A stretch of DNA of 64,000 nt from an uncultured virus (IMG/VR IMGVR_UViG_3300010342_000399) (Duplodnaviria; Heunggongvirae; Uroviricota; Caudoviricetes), in the IMG/VR virus record IMGVR_UViG_3300010342_000399. One strand, given 5' to 3'. Within the stretch, counting starts at the first letter, position 1. Each line of letters starts with the position of its first letter. The notes under the pieces were generated by a model. The model saw only the letters and a list, made by a program, of their open reading frames with translations, did not search any database and was not told the DNA's origin. The position numbers and the translations under genes were made by a program. Below are positions 31,301 through 41,453 of this stretch, in pieces.

Positions 31301-34038
31301 CTAAACATTGTCGACATGACTGTTGGTGTACCGGGATTTGATTGCCAAGTTTCACTTTTATACACGATAGTATCGTCAAGATCTTTATATGGTAATGAAT
31401 TTAAAAGTAAATAAGCTGATCCAGCATATTTTCCTGTAGATTCTAATTTAATAAAATCATTATATAATTGCCAATGAAAATATGGTGTATTTAATATATG
31501 TTTTTTATGTCCATCAATATCAATTGTATTCATAAACATATTTGATGTAAATCCATCTTTAATCCACATTGCCGAATCTATTGGAGATGAAATAAATGCA
31601 AATGGAGTATTAACTTGTATCATACCATTTAAATTCAAATCATTCTTATTATAACTTTTATATATTGGCGAATTAAATGGATATAATTTATTTCTATATT
31701 GTTCGGCTTTATAATTTTTTAAAAAGTTATTTACTTTTGTATAATCGCCATTACTACTTTTTGTATTTAAATCAGTCCTAAAAGATTCCATACTAAAATC
31801 ATTTGTAAGACCATTTTGTATGTAGCCTGTTGACGGTAATTGATCTAAATAATATTGATATTTATTTGTTATAGTAGACATTTGTTTAATCAAATCATCA
31901 TAATTAGAAACTTGTTTTTTTAATGTATTAATAACATCAACATCCCACATAATTTGATTTTCTAAATTAGAATATTCAACATCGGCTAATTCATGTATTG
32001 CATCTGTACTAAATGGGCTTAACATTGTCGTTACCTTTGCCCTCTCATACATTTCATATAATATATTACTAATTGACTTATCAGTATATGGTATTGTATT
32101 TAAAACATTACTAAATACACTTGTATCTTTAACAATTATATCAATATCTTCTGAACCATAAACAAAATGAACATTATCTGGAGTACCTTCTTTACCCGCA
32201 AGATTGTCTTTTATTTTTGTTGATACCATATAAAAATTTTCAACAAATTCTACTTCTGGCCATAAATTACTATCCCATGATTTTAATTTCATTTCCATTT
32301 GTTTACTTCCCGGATAAATGACAACATTTTCTCTGTCGCCATGTGTTCCTAACTTTATTTCAGGCCATGGATAAATGGTATCACCACCATCAGTTATAAT
32401 TGATTGTTCATCCAATATCTTTTTTCTTTGTCTTGCATTTTCAAATGCTCTTTCATGAACATCTTTCATTAATCTAATATATGTTTCAGCATTTGCAAGA
32501 ACAATTGCAATAACGTTTCTAATTGTTGGTTTAAATCCAAGTCCTGTGTCCTTAGATCCTTTAATAATTTCATTCATCAATGTTTCAATATCAGTTTCTA
32601 ATTTGTTTCTTTGTTCAATGAAATTTACCAACATTTTATTTATTTCATCTATTATAAAGTGTGTATTAACACCTATTTTCCCATCTTGTTCTATATAAAA
32701 ATCTTTTACATTTTTTACACTTGCACAAGATATTGTTTGAGTTTTATATTTTTTATTTTCTTTATTATTAGACGAGGCATCAATACCAAATGCAAAATTA
32801 TTTTCTAACCTTTTTGTATATTCCTTCAAAATTTTCCCAAGAGAATCTAATTGATCTTTTTGATTCGATGAACTTGCCAAGAAATATTTCCATCGTATTA
32901 ATTCTTCTTCATTTAAAATAGGATCTAATCTCGTTGCGGGAATCACATTCATAAAAGACGTTTGTGATAAATTACTAATATCCCATGCATTAATTTTCTT
33001 TATAAATTCTATAATATCATTTTCATATTCTTTTACTGCCGCTAATGTTCTATAATCAACAAATTCGTCAAATAACTTTTTTTCCATTATCTTATTAAGT
33101 CGTCCAGCCAAAACAATAATTTCTCTAAGTGTTTTTATTGGAAAATCTTTTGGTAGATAACCTTTACTAATATATTCTTGATATACCGATTTTAATACTC
33201 GATATCCTTTTGTTGTTCTTTTTATTTCTTTCTCATATAATCCAGTAAGTTCATTATATTTTATATCTTCACTTGTTTCAGAAAAATAAAAATAAGGGGC
33301 ATTTAATATTGTTTGTAATCCAATATCTGCTAAATATGCATATGTAGATCCCACAAAATTACAATCAATTTCAAAATTACCATTTATAGAATCATACCTA
33401 GAATTAAATTTAATCAAATGTAATCTATATTTAATTGCTTTACCATAATATCCTTTTACTGTTAAATAAAATATTGGCCAAGGTATATGAAAAAATGCGG
33501 CATATGGAGAATCTTGTGGTGTTTCAAATAATGTTTTTCCTCTAACATCAATAAATCTAATATCAACTCTTGGTATAAAATTGGCACCCATAACTTTTAT
33601 TGATATATTATCAATTCCAAAAGTTTGTGCTGTTGGATCAATACCTTTACCTTCTTTAACTTCCGGAAAATATGTATTAATACGACCATAAGTGGCTTCT
33701 GGCCCTCCAATATTAGTCAATGTCGTTGTTCGTTGATTATTACTAATAAATGATTCTGTCCATCTTGTGTCATAATCGCTACCGTCAGCATTTTTCATAA
33801 AATTAATGGTGCCACTAGCTATTGATCTAATAGTACTTTTAAGATCATTTGCTATAAGTGTTGTTCGGGGAATTAAATCCGCTTCTAAATTAACATACAT
33901 GACAAGATTCTCTAGCTCAACCATTCGTGGTTTAAGCACACCATTATCTATAACAGTATTTGGATCAATATAAATAAGATTATTATGATCAACTTTAATT
34001 AATAACTCGTTTGTTGATTTTATATCACTATTCCCCAT
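28303..34038 (-). CDS. Large baseplate hub-like protein (gp27/VgrG/late-control-D-like core with large insertions)
   Basis: C-terminal YQCTVTSMGNVMIQPTMYFYL...GSYWITEVTHNI...ETMFKGTR resembles the gp27/gpD terminal strands. Position after the LysM/gp53-like gene fits this call. Confidence 0.6.
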   Translation of the reverse strand: MGNSDIKSTNELLIKVDHNNLIYIDPNTVIDNGVLKPRMVELENLVMYVNLEADLIPRTTLIANDLKSTIRSIASGTINFMKNADGSDYDTRWTESFISNNQRTTTLTNIGGPEATYGRINTYFPEVKEGKGIDPTAQTFGIDNISIKVMGANFIPRVDIRFIDVRGKTLFETPQDSPYAAFFHIPWPIFYLTVKGYYGKAIKYRLHLIKFNSRYDSINGNFEIDCNFVGSTYAYLADIGLQTILNAPYFYFSETSEDIKYNELTGLYEKEIKRTTKGYRVLKSVYQEYISKGYLPKDFPIKTLREIIVLAGRLNKIMEKKLFDEFVDYRTLAAVKEYENDIIEFIKKINAWDISNLSQTSFMNVIPATRLDPILNEEELIRWKYFLASSSNQKDQLDSLGKILKEYTKRLENNFAFGIDASSNNKENKKYKTQTISCASVKNVKDFYIEQDGKIGVNTHFIIDEINKMLVNFIEQRNKLETDIETLMNEIIKGSKDTGLGFKPTIRNVIAIVLANAETYIRLMKDVHERAFENARQRKKILDEQSIITDGGDTIYPWPEIKLGTHGDRENVVIYPGSKQMEMKLKSWDSNLWPEVEFVENFYMVSTKIKDNLAGKEGTPDNVHFVYGSEDIDIIVKDTSVFSNVLNTIPYTDKSISNILYEMYERAKVTTMLSPFSTDAIHELADVEYSNLENQIMWDVDVINTLKKQVSNYDDLIKQMSTITNKYQYYLDQLPSTGYIQNGLTNDFSMESFRTDLNTKSSNGDYTKVNNFLKNYKAEQYRNKLYPFNSPIYKSYNKNDLNLNGMIQVNTPFAFISSPIDSAMWIKDGFTSNMFMNTIDIDGHKKHILNTPYFHWQLYNDFIKLESTGKYAGSAYLLLNSLPYKDLDDTIVYKSETWQSNPGTPTVMSTMFRELGSTHFIPYYLILKWGSIYHRYKKYINDGVDIINGIINRIESNLFFDNKQGVTFTGLYGGKSISESTTSDIGFHPYYETIFHQIVNGYGFYNIDLPDNSYSNAVSNGTIRSCSGVAVGANTWSTVIDESKFDSNDQRYVLLPTNGMNPVDATDFILAEQENFRVIWGVGTDFVIGDTNIDYTRYSFPNYKEYIRTIKNEFSISSNYKKIIDLIATFKPDILDVFESAFLNFCSEKLNENISYTPYKVSYTRFQDLLNAIVSVKKENTDETNNVELLKSLKIKQLNKLSDITAQLQMKDNLIKLSISNPREHDDYLFGGFTGVNVKHFSLNSYNIGQILTNLGNIELYLGEDMDGYYQDFFRVNNIELNEENIKQFRPLIYMYAGLRAEGENPSHDEFINYVNNNIINPPSTLGVKPPAQRLNNYLTYLIHKIQHNLNGDVIEERSSSILRGHNDEQTLKLETYNYFKSFNDKWIAGNSIGQRLLIEEFLFLDRANKDIGQKVFIDLSKFIRLGLSENAGINLYSAISLLIQDTGFDIRALPAYVNFYGTSATSALRITPSRDIARSMFGSFLDVDYQEATPKIILQYIGPTSKHPEMSDIINKNKNYLFNNDGFDIGDTNNNPIIVSDDIFASTDFTKSNKVVAFEVSFGDQNQSIFKGLELDQSTIRNTSESFYVYEQLGRSEGGTSTAQVDIGLWNIYRQASYQCTVTSMGNVMIQPTMYFYLKNVPMFRGSYWITEVTHNIRSTGIETMFKGTRIPQLALPKPEDSFMASYRPLFDKVIKEAVRIVKEGHNLTETTKTQQTITNNGVNTYDLHGKLLPGETMVEKHGGYEPYGIPFNGAGNQPEITKIEYNKKTWLRARVVEMDSPKYKIPPDRSMSIASGTRLSGNVKWSDIYDSLKSNYIYETKFDLNKIPRSKDGFIILTDSAGYINTEFLNPKNNKYFRMVNFLNGPSKTYVGPVNVGPSIEGYGIALSKSLMKKLDLFNDDIVYFNLTK

Positions 34039-34351
34039 AATATAATTTATACAATTCTATACTTTTTTTATAATCTTGTAAAGATGAAATAAGAGGAAAC
34101 GGTATTCTAAGTAAATAATGGTCTGGCATCATAAATTCGATACCACCAATCGCTGGATTCGCTTGTAATATTAACCAGCCAAACAATGGTGAATTATAAT
34201 ATTCTTGTGATAACTTATCCAATCTATCTTTATTACGTCTAAATTGAATATACTTATCAGTAGATTTAATTGGAATTTCAATACCAGGAACAATCCTAAA
34301 CGTTCCTTCACTTTCAAAAAATTGATATCTGTCAAAATATTGATTATTCAT
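34028..34351 (-). CDS. Baseplate wedge protein (gp53 / LysM / tail X-like)
   Basis: DRLDKLSQEYYNSPLFGWLILQANP...LLRIP. Confidence 0.8.
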   Translation of the reverse strand: MNNQYFDRYQFFESEGTFRIVPGIEIPIKSTDKYIQFRRNKDRLDKLSQEYYNSPLFGWLILQANPAIGGIEFMMPDHYLLRIPFPLISSLQDYKKSIELYKLYYGE

Positions 34352-37300
34352 TACCTAGCAAAATTTAATGTCATTATTGGATTATACATACTTGTTCTTT
34401 TTGTCTTTATTAAATCTTGAATTTCATCAGAATCTGTAATAGTATATTCATTTACTTGAAATTGAATACTATTATTATTTGATTTTGATGGATAGTGGTT
34501 TATACTAAAATTTTTATTTGACGGTGATGACGCTAAAAACGCATCTAATCGTTTGTCCATATTTTTTATCACTTTATCACTAAAAATATCTTTTTTTGAA
34601 TTTCTAAACAAATTCAATATTTTTTCTTTATCAGTTCTTAAAAGAACAGATAAAAACTGTGATAAATCATCAGTTGACATTGTAGACGAAAAGAAATTAT
34701 ATGTATTATCTAAATCATTATAAAATTTTGGCTGATTTGTTTTAATAAAAGATATTAAATCTCCATATACAAATAATTTATCTTTAGAATAACCAGATAA
34801 ATTACATCCAATATACTCTTGAGTTTTTGATATTATTTTTCCATCATGACCATATTGCATTACATAATTTAATTTATCAAAATCCTCAATGACTTTATTT
34901 CTTTTCTGTTCAATATTATTCATATATGCTGTCTCAGTTGTAATATTATTAATTTTTTCTTCAATCATTTTTTTAATATTAGGTTTCAAAATCTCCTCAC
35001 AATTAACCGCAACATTTGTCGGCATATCTTTATTTAATTTCATTAAAGTTGTAATATTTTCAGACATTATTTTATTCGAAATTACATCTTTAAATTGTTG
35101 TGATATTGGGCCAATTTCAATATTTTTCTCGTAATTACCTAATAATTCTATAGTATCTATTCCTGATGGCGTTTGAACTATGTATTCATTTATTGATCTA
35201 TAATCAGGATGTAAAATTATACTTGACAATTTATGACCATATAACATTATAGTTGAATTATATGCAGATATTAAACTTTCAAAATAATTTGCAGTATCAG
35301 AATAAAGTTTATCTATTATTGGATGATATTGAATCATATATGTATCTCCAGTCATTTCAAGTTGTCCGCCATATATTTCTTCTTCATATTTATTATCAGC
35401 TGTTACACTATCAGAATAATTCGGCTTAACCGAATTTTTTGTTCTATTACTTAAGTTTTCTAAAAATTCTTTTGAAAATGTTTTTTCATAAAATTTACTT
35501 CTATCTTCTGTTGATGTTGATCTTGGATCATATACTTCAGTATTTGCATAAAAATTAGATGAAAGAGCATTTTGTAATCTTTCAACAGGTCTTTCTAACC
35601 CTTGACCGCCGATAAAAGTAATATCCAACTGTACGTCAGCAATCATAGGTTGAACTCCAATTCCTTCAGGATTCAAATCCCAGATACTATTATCATATGT
35701 TATATTAACATTTCTAATAATAACTTTCGAATGATAAAAATCGCCTATTCTTAATACACATATTGGCGGTGGCCCAAATGTTGTATTCCTAGCATTCATA
35801 TCACTTCTATCAGATGATCCTTTAATTGGTAATGTATCACCCGGTCTAACACATTGATTCAAAAATGTTAGTCTCGCATTTAATCCTTCAGGTGTCATTG
35901 AATGAAATGATGGATGAAAATATTTTAATTTTTCTTTTAAAGATGAAAATTGTAATGGTGAATCTTCTTCAAGTTGTCTAAAATAATAACATTCTGTTAA
36001 TGTTTTCATTATAATTTCTTTCATCTTATCAATTGATGGAGTAATTTTATTTACTGTTGGTGAATCATCGTTAATTTCAACTAAATTTCGTACATTTGGT
36101 GACGATTCTTCATCTTTCACTACATCTTCCGTATCTGTTTCAGCATCGGTTAATTCATATTTTACACCTATTTGTGTTTTTCTACAATAAAATGTTGTAG
36201 GTGCTACACCATTAAAAATATTTACTATTCTTCCATTCCTAGATAATCTCGTTTGATACGCTACCTTATCTGAGCACGACATATTTGTTATATCAATACT
36301 TTTCTTAGGCTCAAAAGTCTCACCAACATTTTTCACAGATATGGATAAATTTCCATCTTGCGGATATCCTAAATTTCTCAATGGAATTATGATAGGTGGT
36401 TCATCTGCACTCTCATCTGAATTTGTAATAGGTACTTTCCATTTAAGAAATGTATTAACAACATCATTATATTGACTAAGATCTCCACTAAAATAATTAG
36501 GAATAATTGCTTCAGGATCTTGATTATAATTTTTACATAATCTAAAAATTAAATCAATTAAAACACTGTAGGTTCTACGATAAGATAATTTTAAATTATT
36601 ATTAGCCGAATCTGGCGAGCTCGTACTTGATCCCATACGAATAATAATATTTTTTACTTTTCCCTTATCTAAATTATCTTTTAATTTTGAAATACCCTTT
36701 AAATATTTTTGATATTCAGATTCTAATGCGTCAAAACCATTTCTAAGCTGCGTCGACGTTGATATTTTAAGTATATCAAAATCATCATTACTTGGTTTTT
36801 TAATTGAATTAACACCACTTAAAAGCAGATAATCATTTATATGTGAATCGTCCCATGTTGTTGAATTTTTTAATAATGTCTCTATTCCATAAGATAATTC
36901 ATTTATTTGTTCTTCTTTAGAATTAATATGTGTTTCATATTGTTTACCATATGGTTGATTAGTAATTAATGGATTACCAAATTCAATTTCAGGTGTGTCA
37001 TTTTTAAAATATAAATTAGCCATAAATGCCGGATCTTCTACCTTATTTTTTGGCTTTGGTGTACTTTTAACTGATTCCACTAAATATAATTTATTCTGAG
37101 CTATAGGTTGAGGTTCTCCATTACCATTTAAATAAGCCATAACAGCCTTAACCTCATCGGGTGATAACGTTACATATTTTCTTACCAAACTATAAAAGTC
37201 AATATCTTCACAACCAGCAAAAAATGCATTAATGTAATTATCGGCTTCTTGATCAGATATACCTTCAAAATGTTTTCGAACAAGAAGATTTAAAATACTT

Positions 37301-39240
37301 GGATGATCAACAATAACTTTAAATGATACTTGTCCTGTCCTAGTAGTGTTAGTATATGTAAATACGGGCTCAGGTCTACCTAAAAAATCATTGTCTTTCC
37401 ATGAAGCATTATTTTGTTCAGATATTTTTAAATCATATGGAGGAAACCACATTATTCTACCACCGTTTGGTCCTCTTTCACAAACAGGTAAATCCGTATA
37501 TGTAAAACCAGGTATATTAGATGTTTTCCACGCTAAATTTTCAATTGAAAACATATATTTTTTAGCAAACCATCCTTGACCGCTTGAAGACATATTTGAT
37601 GAGCTTGTTCCAAATTCTCCCCTTGCATTTGAATTTGGATATATGTTTAAATTCCATGGTTTTGTTAAAACACTACTTTCAAATTTACGATAATTACCTG
37701 ATTTTTTCATAGTATCAGAATAATTTATATAAGATCTATCTTTTGTCCATACTCTACAATATTCTATACCATTTTCTTGTTTAGTATATTTATCAAAATA
37801 TTTAATAGATGAACCTCTAGATAATATAACATCACCTTCTCGAAAAATTCTACTAGTCTGATCTATAACATTAGCAACATGTGAACGAGCAGCACCGCCA
37901 TCATCTGGCATTGATTCAAGAATTTCCTGAGTTTTTCCTAAAATTGATTTATCTTCAAAATTATAATTTGTTGATACTGATTCTATATATTGTCCTTGAC
38001 TTTGTGTTCGTTTATAACTTGTAGTATATCTTCCTTTATCTGATTCCAATCCAACCAATGTTTGTGATCCCGGTAATGGATTTTTAGACTTTGTGCTTAT
38101 CCATGTTAATTTACCAGCAACTCCACCACCATCAATTATATTTTTTTGTCTTTGAAATAAAGTTGCTTGTATTGGATCAAACATTTGAACTAAATAATAA
38201 TTGCTTCGTACTGGCCTGTCATTAAAATCATTCATTGCATAATAAACATCCTCGCCTCTATCATCACCAATATAAGCAACACTATTTGGAGCTTCAATAC
38301 CTAATATATTCTTAACACTCTGTGCTGTTTGATCAATAAAATTAAATATTTTTGATGTATTTTGTGATCTTGCTGTTGTTGTATAATTCGGAGCATATTT
38401 TGAATATGACAAGTTGTCAAACAAAAATGATCTTTGTCTTTGTCCCATATATTCAATAAACAAATCAGATGGTTTTTGCGTTCTTGATCGTCTTCTAATT
38501 CCTATTAATGAGCCTAATGCACCAGTAGTATCCTGAACAGTCTTTTTAAATTCACTTATAGTTTTTTCTTCAGATTGTTTAGTAATTATAGGATTACGTG
38601 GGTTTGATAAATAATCGCCCGGTATTTCTACCCATGGAAATTCTACTCCGGTAATTGTTTGTAAAAAATCAATGCCTTTACCGGGTAATGTAGATGCAAC
38701 AGTAATTTTGGTATTAGTTTCTATTAATGGTTCTCTACCTGTTAATATATTAATTGCCGTTGTTGTATTTCCACCCAATGCATCTACTAATCTCAATCTA
38801 CCTACAGTAGACGAAATTAAATTTTGTGTTACTCTAGCAAAAAAAGGTCCCTGTGGATTAGTATTTATATTCCACGCAGCAAACTTCATTAATTCAGATT
38901 CGTCATCATATTCTTTAGAACTCATTATACCAATTAAATTATGAATTCTACCCACAAAATACGGATAAAGATTTAAATTTGCTCTTCTTGTGAATACATT
39001 TAAATTTTCATTTATAAAATACTCTGTTGGTTTAAAAGTATTTACATTTTGTGATTGTGTTAATTCAAATTCTCTGGTGTCTTCAACAGTTCCAGGATCT
39101 ATATTTGGAAATACATTTAAATTATGAACACTATAATTAGACGCATTAAATGTTTGAGGTCCATTTGGAACTGTTAAAGTTTTTGATATAACAAAATCTC
39201 TAAAACGTTTACTTGCATTAAAATCTACATAACTTGGCAT
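34351..39240 (-). CDS. Large tail tube initiator/baseplate protein (gp48/gp54-like core) with an inserted OmpA-like region
   Basis: FLGRPEPVFTYTNTTRTGQVSF and PPICVLRIGDFYHSKVII...VQLDITFIG halves flank SSTSS...NLKLSYRR. It lies just downstream of the tape measure gene. Confidence 0.6.
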   Translation of the reverse strand: MPSYVDFNASKRFRDFVISKTLTVPNGPQTFNASNYSVHNLNVFPNIDPGTVEDTREFELTQSQNVNTFKPTEYFINENLNVFTRRANLNLYPYFVGRIHNLIGIMSSKEYDDESELMKFAAWNINTNPQGPFFARVTQNLISSTVGRLRLVDALGGNTTTAINILTGREPLIETNTKITVASTLPGKGIDFLQTITGVEFPWVEIPGDYLSNPRNPIITKQSEEKTISEFKKTVQDTTGALGSLIGIRRRSRTQKPSDLFIEYMGQRQRSFLFDNLSYSKYAPNYTTTARSQNTSKIFNFIDQTAQSVKNILGIEAPNSVAYIGDDRGEDVYYAMNDFNDRPVRSNYYLVQMFDPIQATLFQRQKNIIDGGGVAGKLTWISTKSKNPLPGSQTLVGLESDKGRYTTSYKRTQSQGQYIESVSTNYNFEDKSILGKTQEILESMPDDGGAARSHVANVIDQTSRIFREGDVILSRGSSIKYFDKYTKQENGIEYCRVWTKDRSYINYSDTMKKSGNYRKFESSVLTKPWNLNIYPNSNARGEFGTSSSNMSSSGQGWFAKKYMFSIENLAWKTSNIPGFTYTDLPVCERGPNGGRIMWFPPYDLKISEQNNASWKDNDFLGRPEPVFTYTNTTRTGQVSFKVIVDHPSILNLLVRKHFEGISDQEADNYINAFFAGCEDIDFYSLVRKYVTLSPDEVKAVMAYLNGNGEPQPIAQNKLYLVESVKSTPKPKNKVEDPAFMANLYFKNDTPEIEFGNPLITNQPYGKQYETHINSKEEQINELSYGIETLLKNSTTWDDSHINDYLLLSGVNSIKKPSNDDFDILKISTSTQLRNGFDALESEYQKYLKGISKLKDNLDKGKVKNIIIRMGSSTSSPDSANNNLKLSYRRTYSVLIDLIFRLCKNYNQDPEAIIPNYFSGDLSQYNDVVNTFLKWKVPITNSDESADEPPIIIPLRNLGYPQDGNLSISVKNVGETFEPKKSIDITNMSCSDKVAYQTRLSRNGRIVNIFNGVAPTTFYCRKTQIGVKYELTDAETDTEDVVKDEESSPNVRNLVEINDDSPTVNKITPSIDKMKEIIMKTLTECYYFRQLEEDSPLQFSSLKEKLKYFHPSFHSMTPEGLNARLTFLNQCVRPGDTLPIKGSSDRSDMNARNTTFGPPPICVLRIGDFYHSKVIIRNVNITYDNSIWDLNPEGIGVQPMIADVQLDITFIGGQGLERPVERLQNALSSNFYANTEVYDPRSTSTEDRSKFYEKTFSKEFLENLSNRTKNSVKPNYSDSVTADNKYEEEIYGGQLEMTGDTYMIQYHPIIDKLYSDTANYFESLISAYNSTIMLYGHKLSSIILHPDYRSINEYIVQTPSGIDTIELLGNYEKNIEIGPISQQFKDVISNKIMSENITTLMKLNKDMPTNVAVNCEEILKPNIKKMIEEKINNITTETAYMNNIEQKRNKVIEDFDKLNYVMQYGHDGKIISKTQEYIGCNLSGYSKDKLFVYGDLISFIKTNQPKFYNDLDNTYNFFSSTMSTDDLSQFLSVLLRTDKEKILNLFRNSKKDIFSDKVIKNMDKRLDAFLASSPSNKNFSINHYPSKSNNNSIQFQVNEYTITDSDEIQDLIKTKRTSMYNPIMTLNFAR

Positions 39241-39283
39241 TATATTGTTTTAATAATAAATACAAGCCACTTAAAAATCTATA

Positions 39284-41272
39284 TTAATTTGAATTTGGAT
39301 TTAAAAAACTATTTGCCCATTCCTCAGCAAATCTTTTATCTGCCATGAATATTTGTGCAATTTTATCTGTAGTAGAATCCATAGGATTTATGTTAACATT
39401 ATGTGTAACAATTATCCTTTGTTCTGGTAATGTTTGTGGTGAATTTAAAGATTCATTTCTTCTTGCTGCAACTTCTAAATTTCTTGCTTCTGTTTCTATA
39501 TTTGCAGCTTGTTTTGTTTTATTAGAATTTATAATATCGTTTGTTAAATCTCGAATATTATTAACAAAAGAACCACCAAAACTATTTTTAATATTTATAA
39601 GCCCATCCCAATCTCTTATAGCATTTTGCATAAATTTATCCATTTTATCAATACCAGCAGAGCCTAAATCAGCAATAGCATCAGATAGATTACCTATAAA
39701 TTCACTATCTAACCCTAACGCTTTTTCAATTAAATCTGATGCATTTTTTCCTATTGATACCCTTAACGCTCCTCGAATAAATGAAACGTCTCTTTCAACA
39801 TTTTCAAGTGCCATAACTTGTCGTCTAGCAACATCTTCAGGTCTCATCTCTTCAAGTAATTGCCTCTGTTTAATAAGGGTTTCAATATTTTGTTCACTTA
39901 AATCTGATAAAGCAATAGATGTTTCTGTTGGTAACATTTGTAATTGTTGTCTCAAATCTACCGGAATATCAATAATCATTTGGCCACCTTCCATTCGAGC
40001 TAGATTGATTATAAATTCTCTATCTTTTTCATTTATATTCAATCCTTTTCCTGCCATATCCATTGCTGCCTGTTGCCTTTCCATAGATGCTATAGCACTT
40101 CTAGCTAATTCATTATATTCCATACCTAATATTCTAGCAGCTTCTTTAGCTCTTCTAAGATTAACACCGGTTATTTCAAATCTTCCCTGTTCATTATTAA
40201 ATGTTGCAAAAGCTTTTGTAGATTCAATTAAGGCATCTTGTAATCCTTCAAGATCGTTAGTTGCCATATACATTAATTTTAATGGATCATTTAATGCTCC
40301 AACAGCTCCTCCAATTACTTGTAAATTTGCAACTAATTCTAATGCTTTATCTGGTTCCCATACTTGTTCAGCGAGTTTAAATACTTCAGACATATTAGTT
40401 CTAAATTCTATGGACTTTTGGGCCATTCTTTCTAATGATAAAATACCATTTCTAAAACCATACGCATTTATATTTCTTAAATTTTCATCTACTATTTTAA
40501 GTGTTTCCCTAGCATTTAATCCTATCGATTGTGATCTAATTTGTGAATTCTGAACATAAGTTGACATATCTCGAAGACCTAGACCTATAAATTCAAAATT
40601 TCTACCCATATCGCTAAGTCTTTCCATGCCTCCAATAAATTTACTGGCAAGCGCCATCTCTTTTAATGTATCATCATTAATTAATTTAAATTTTCCTGAG
40701 TTTGATACTAAATTACCAACACTTTCAGCTAATTCGTTAAATCCTATACCAAGTTTTATAGCCCATGGCGAAGCATTCATTATTTCTGTTCTAAATGCTT
40801 CAGCCAATTCTCCTGTCATTGCTGATTTTACATTTATTTCATTATAAAGTTTATTTATGTTGGTTAAATATAAAATAACTTCATTTTGAACTAGTCCTTT
40901 AATTGTATTTAATGTTTGTAATGGTTGTTTAAATACATGAAATAAAGATTCGATTCCTTCTCTAGTTTTTTCAAGAGTACCAAACTCATCTAATTTTGCG
41001 GTTCTAAAATCGTATTGAGCTTCCATAACTCGGCCTAAAAATGTTTGACCACCCATCCGACTACCTCTCACAACATCACTATAATATGTTCTTTCTTGTT
41101 CCGCGGCCTTTAATAAGTCATAATCTTTACTAGCCTGCGCAAACGCATCATCATAGTCATTTCCGCCAGTATTATTAAATCCCAAATCTGAAAGGCGTTG
41201 AAGTATAAAATCTATTTTTTTACCTTCTCTAGATCTTATAATCGCCATTGCCGCTTCACTAAATAATGCCAT
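39284..41272 (-). CDS. Tail tape measure protein
   Basis: Helical Ala/Leu/Glu-rich 662-aa protein following the tube and chaperone genes. Confidence 0.75.
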   Translation of the reverse strand: MALFSEAAMAIIRSREGKKIDFILQRLSDLGFNNTGGNDYDDAFAQASKDYDLLKAAEQERTYYSDVVRGSRMGGQTFLGRVMEAQYDFRTAKLDEFGTLEKTREGIESLFHVFKQPLQTLNTIKGLVQNEVILYLTNINKLYNEINVKSAMTGELAEAFRTEIMNASPWAIKLGIGFNELAESVGNLVSNSGKFKLINDDTLKEMALASKFIGGMERLSDMGRNFEFIGLGLRDMSTYVQNSQIRSQSIGLNARETLKIVDENLRNINAYGFRNGILSLERMAQKSIEFRTNMSEVFKLAEQVWEPDKALELVANLQVIGGAVGALNDPLKLMYMATNDLEGLQDALIESTKAFATFNNEQGRFEITGVNLRRAKEAARILGMEYNELARSAIASMERQQAAMDMAGKGLNINEKDREFIINLARMEGGQMIIDIPVDLRQQLQMLPTETSIALSDLSEQNIETLIKQRQLLEEMRPEDVARRQVMALENVERDVSFIRGALRVSIGKNASDLIEKALGLDSEFIGNLSDAIADLGSAGIDKMDKFMQNAIRDWDGLINIKNSFGGSFVNNIRDLTNDIINSNKTKQAANIETEARNLEVAARRNESLNSPQTLPEQRIIVTHNVNINPMDSTTDKIAQIFMADKRFAEEWANSFLNPNSN

Positions 41273-41293
41273 ATTATATAAATAGATATATTA

Positions 41294-41453
41294 TTATTTT
41301 TTATTATTTTCTTGTTCCAATATATATGTAATATAATATTTTCTTATATAAATAGGCATAGACAAAATATCGCCATATGAAAATCCGCGATTAATTAAAA
41401 ACAAAATCTCTTTTAATTGACCTTCTTTATACTCCGTAGAAAGGACGAAAAAA
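41294..41453 (-). CDS. Tail assembly chaperone C-terminal extension (gp51/gpT-like), probably expressed by frameshift
   Basis: No ATG in frame before the conserved-looking GFSYGDILSMPIYIRKYY motif. Overlaps the end of the upstream gene in the +1 frame. Confidence 0.65.

Noticed and set aside
39345..40553. 402-aa plus-strand ORF
   Set aside because: It is an antisense shadow of the tape measure gene, with Ser/Ile/Phe-rich composition typical of reverse-frame codon bias and no motifs.
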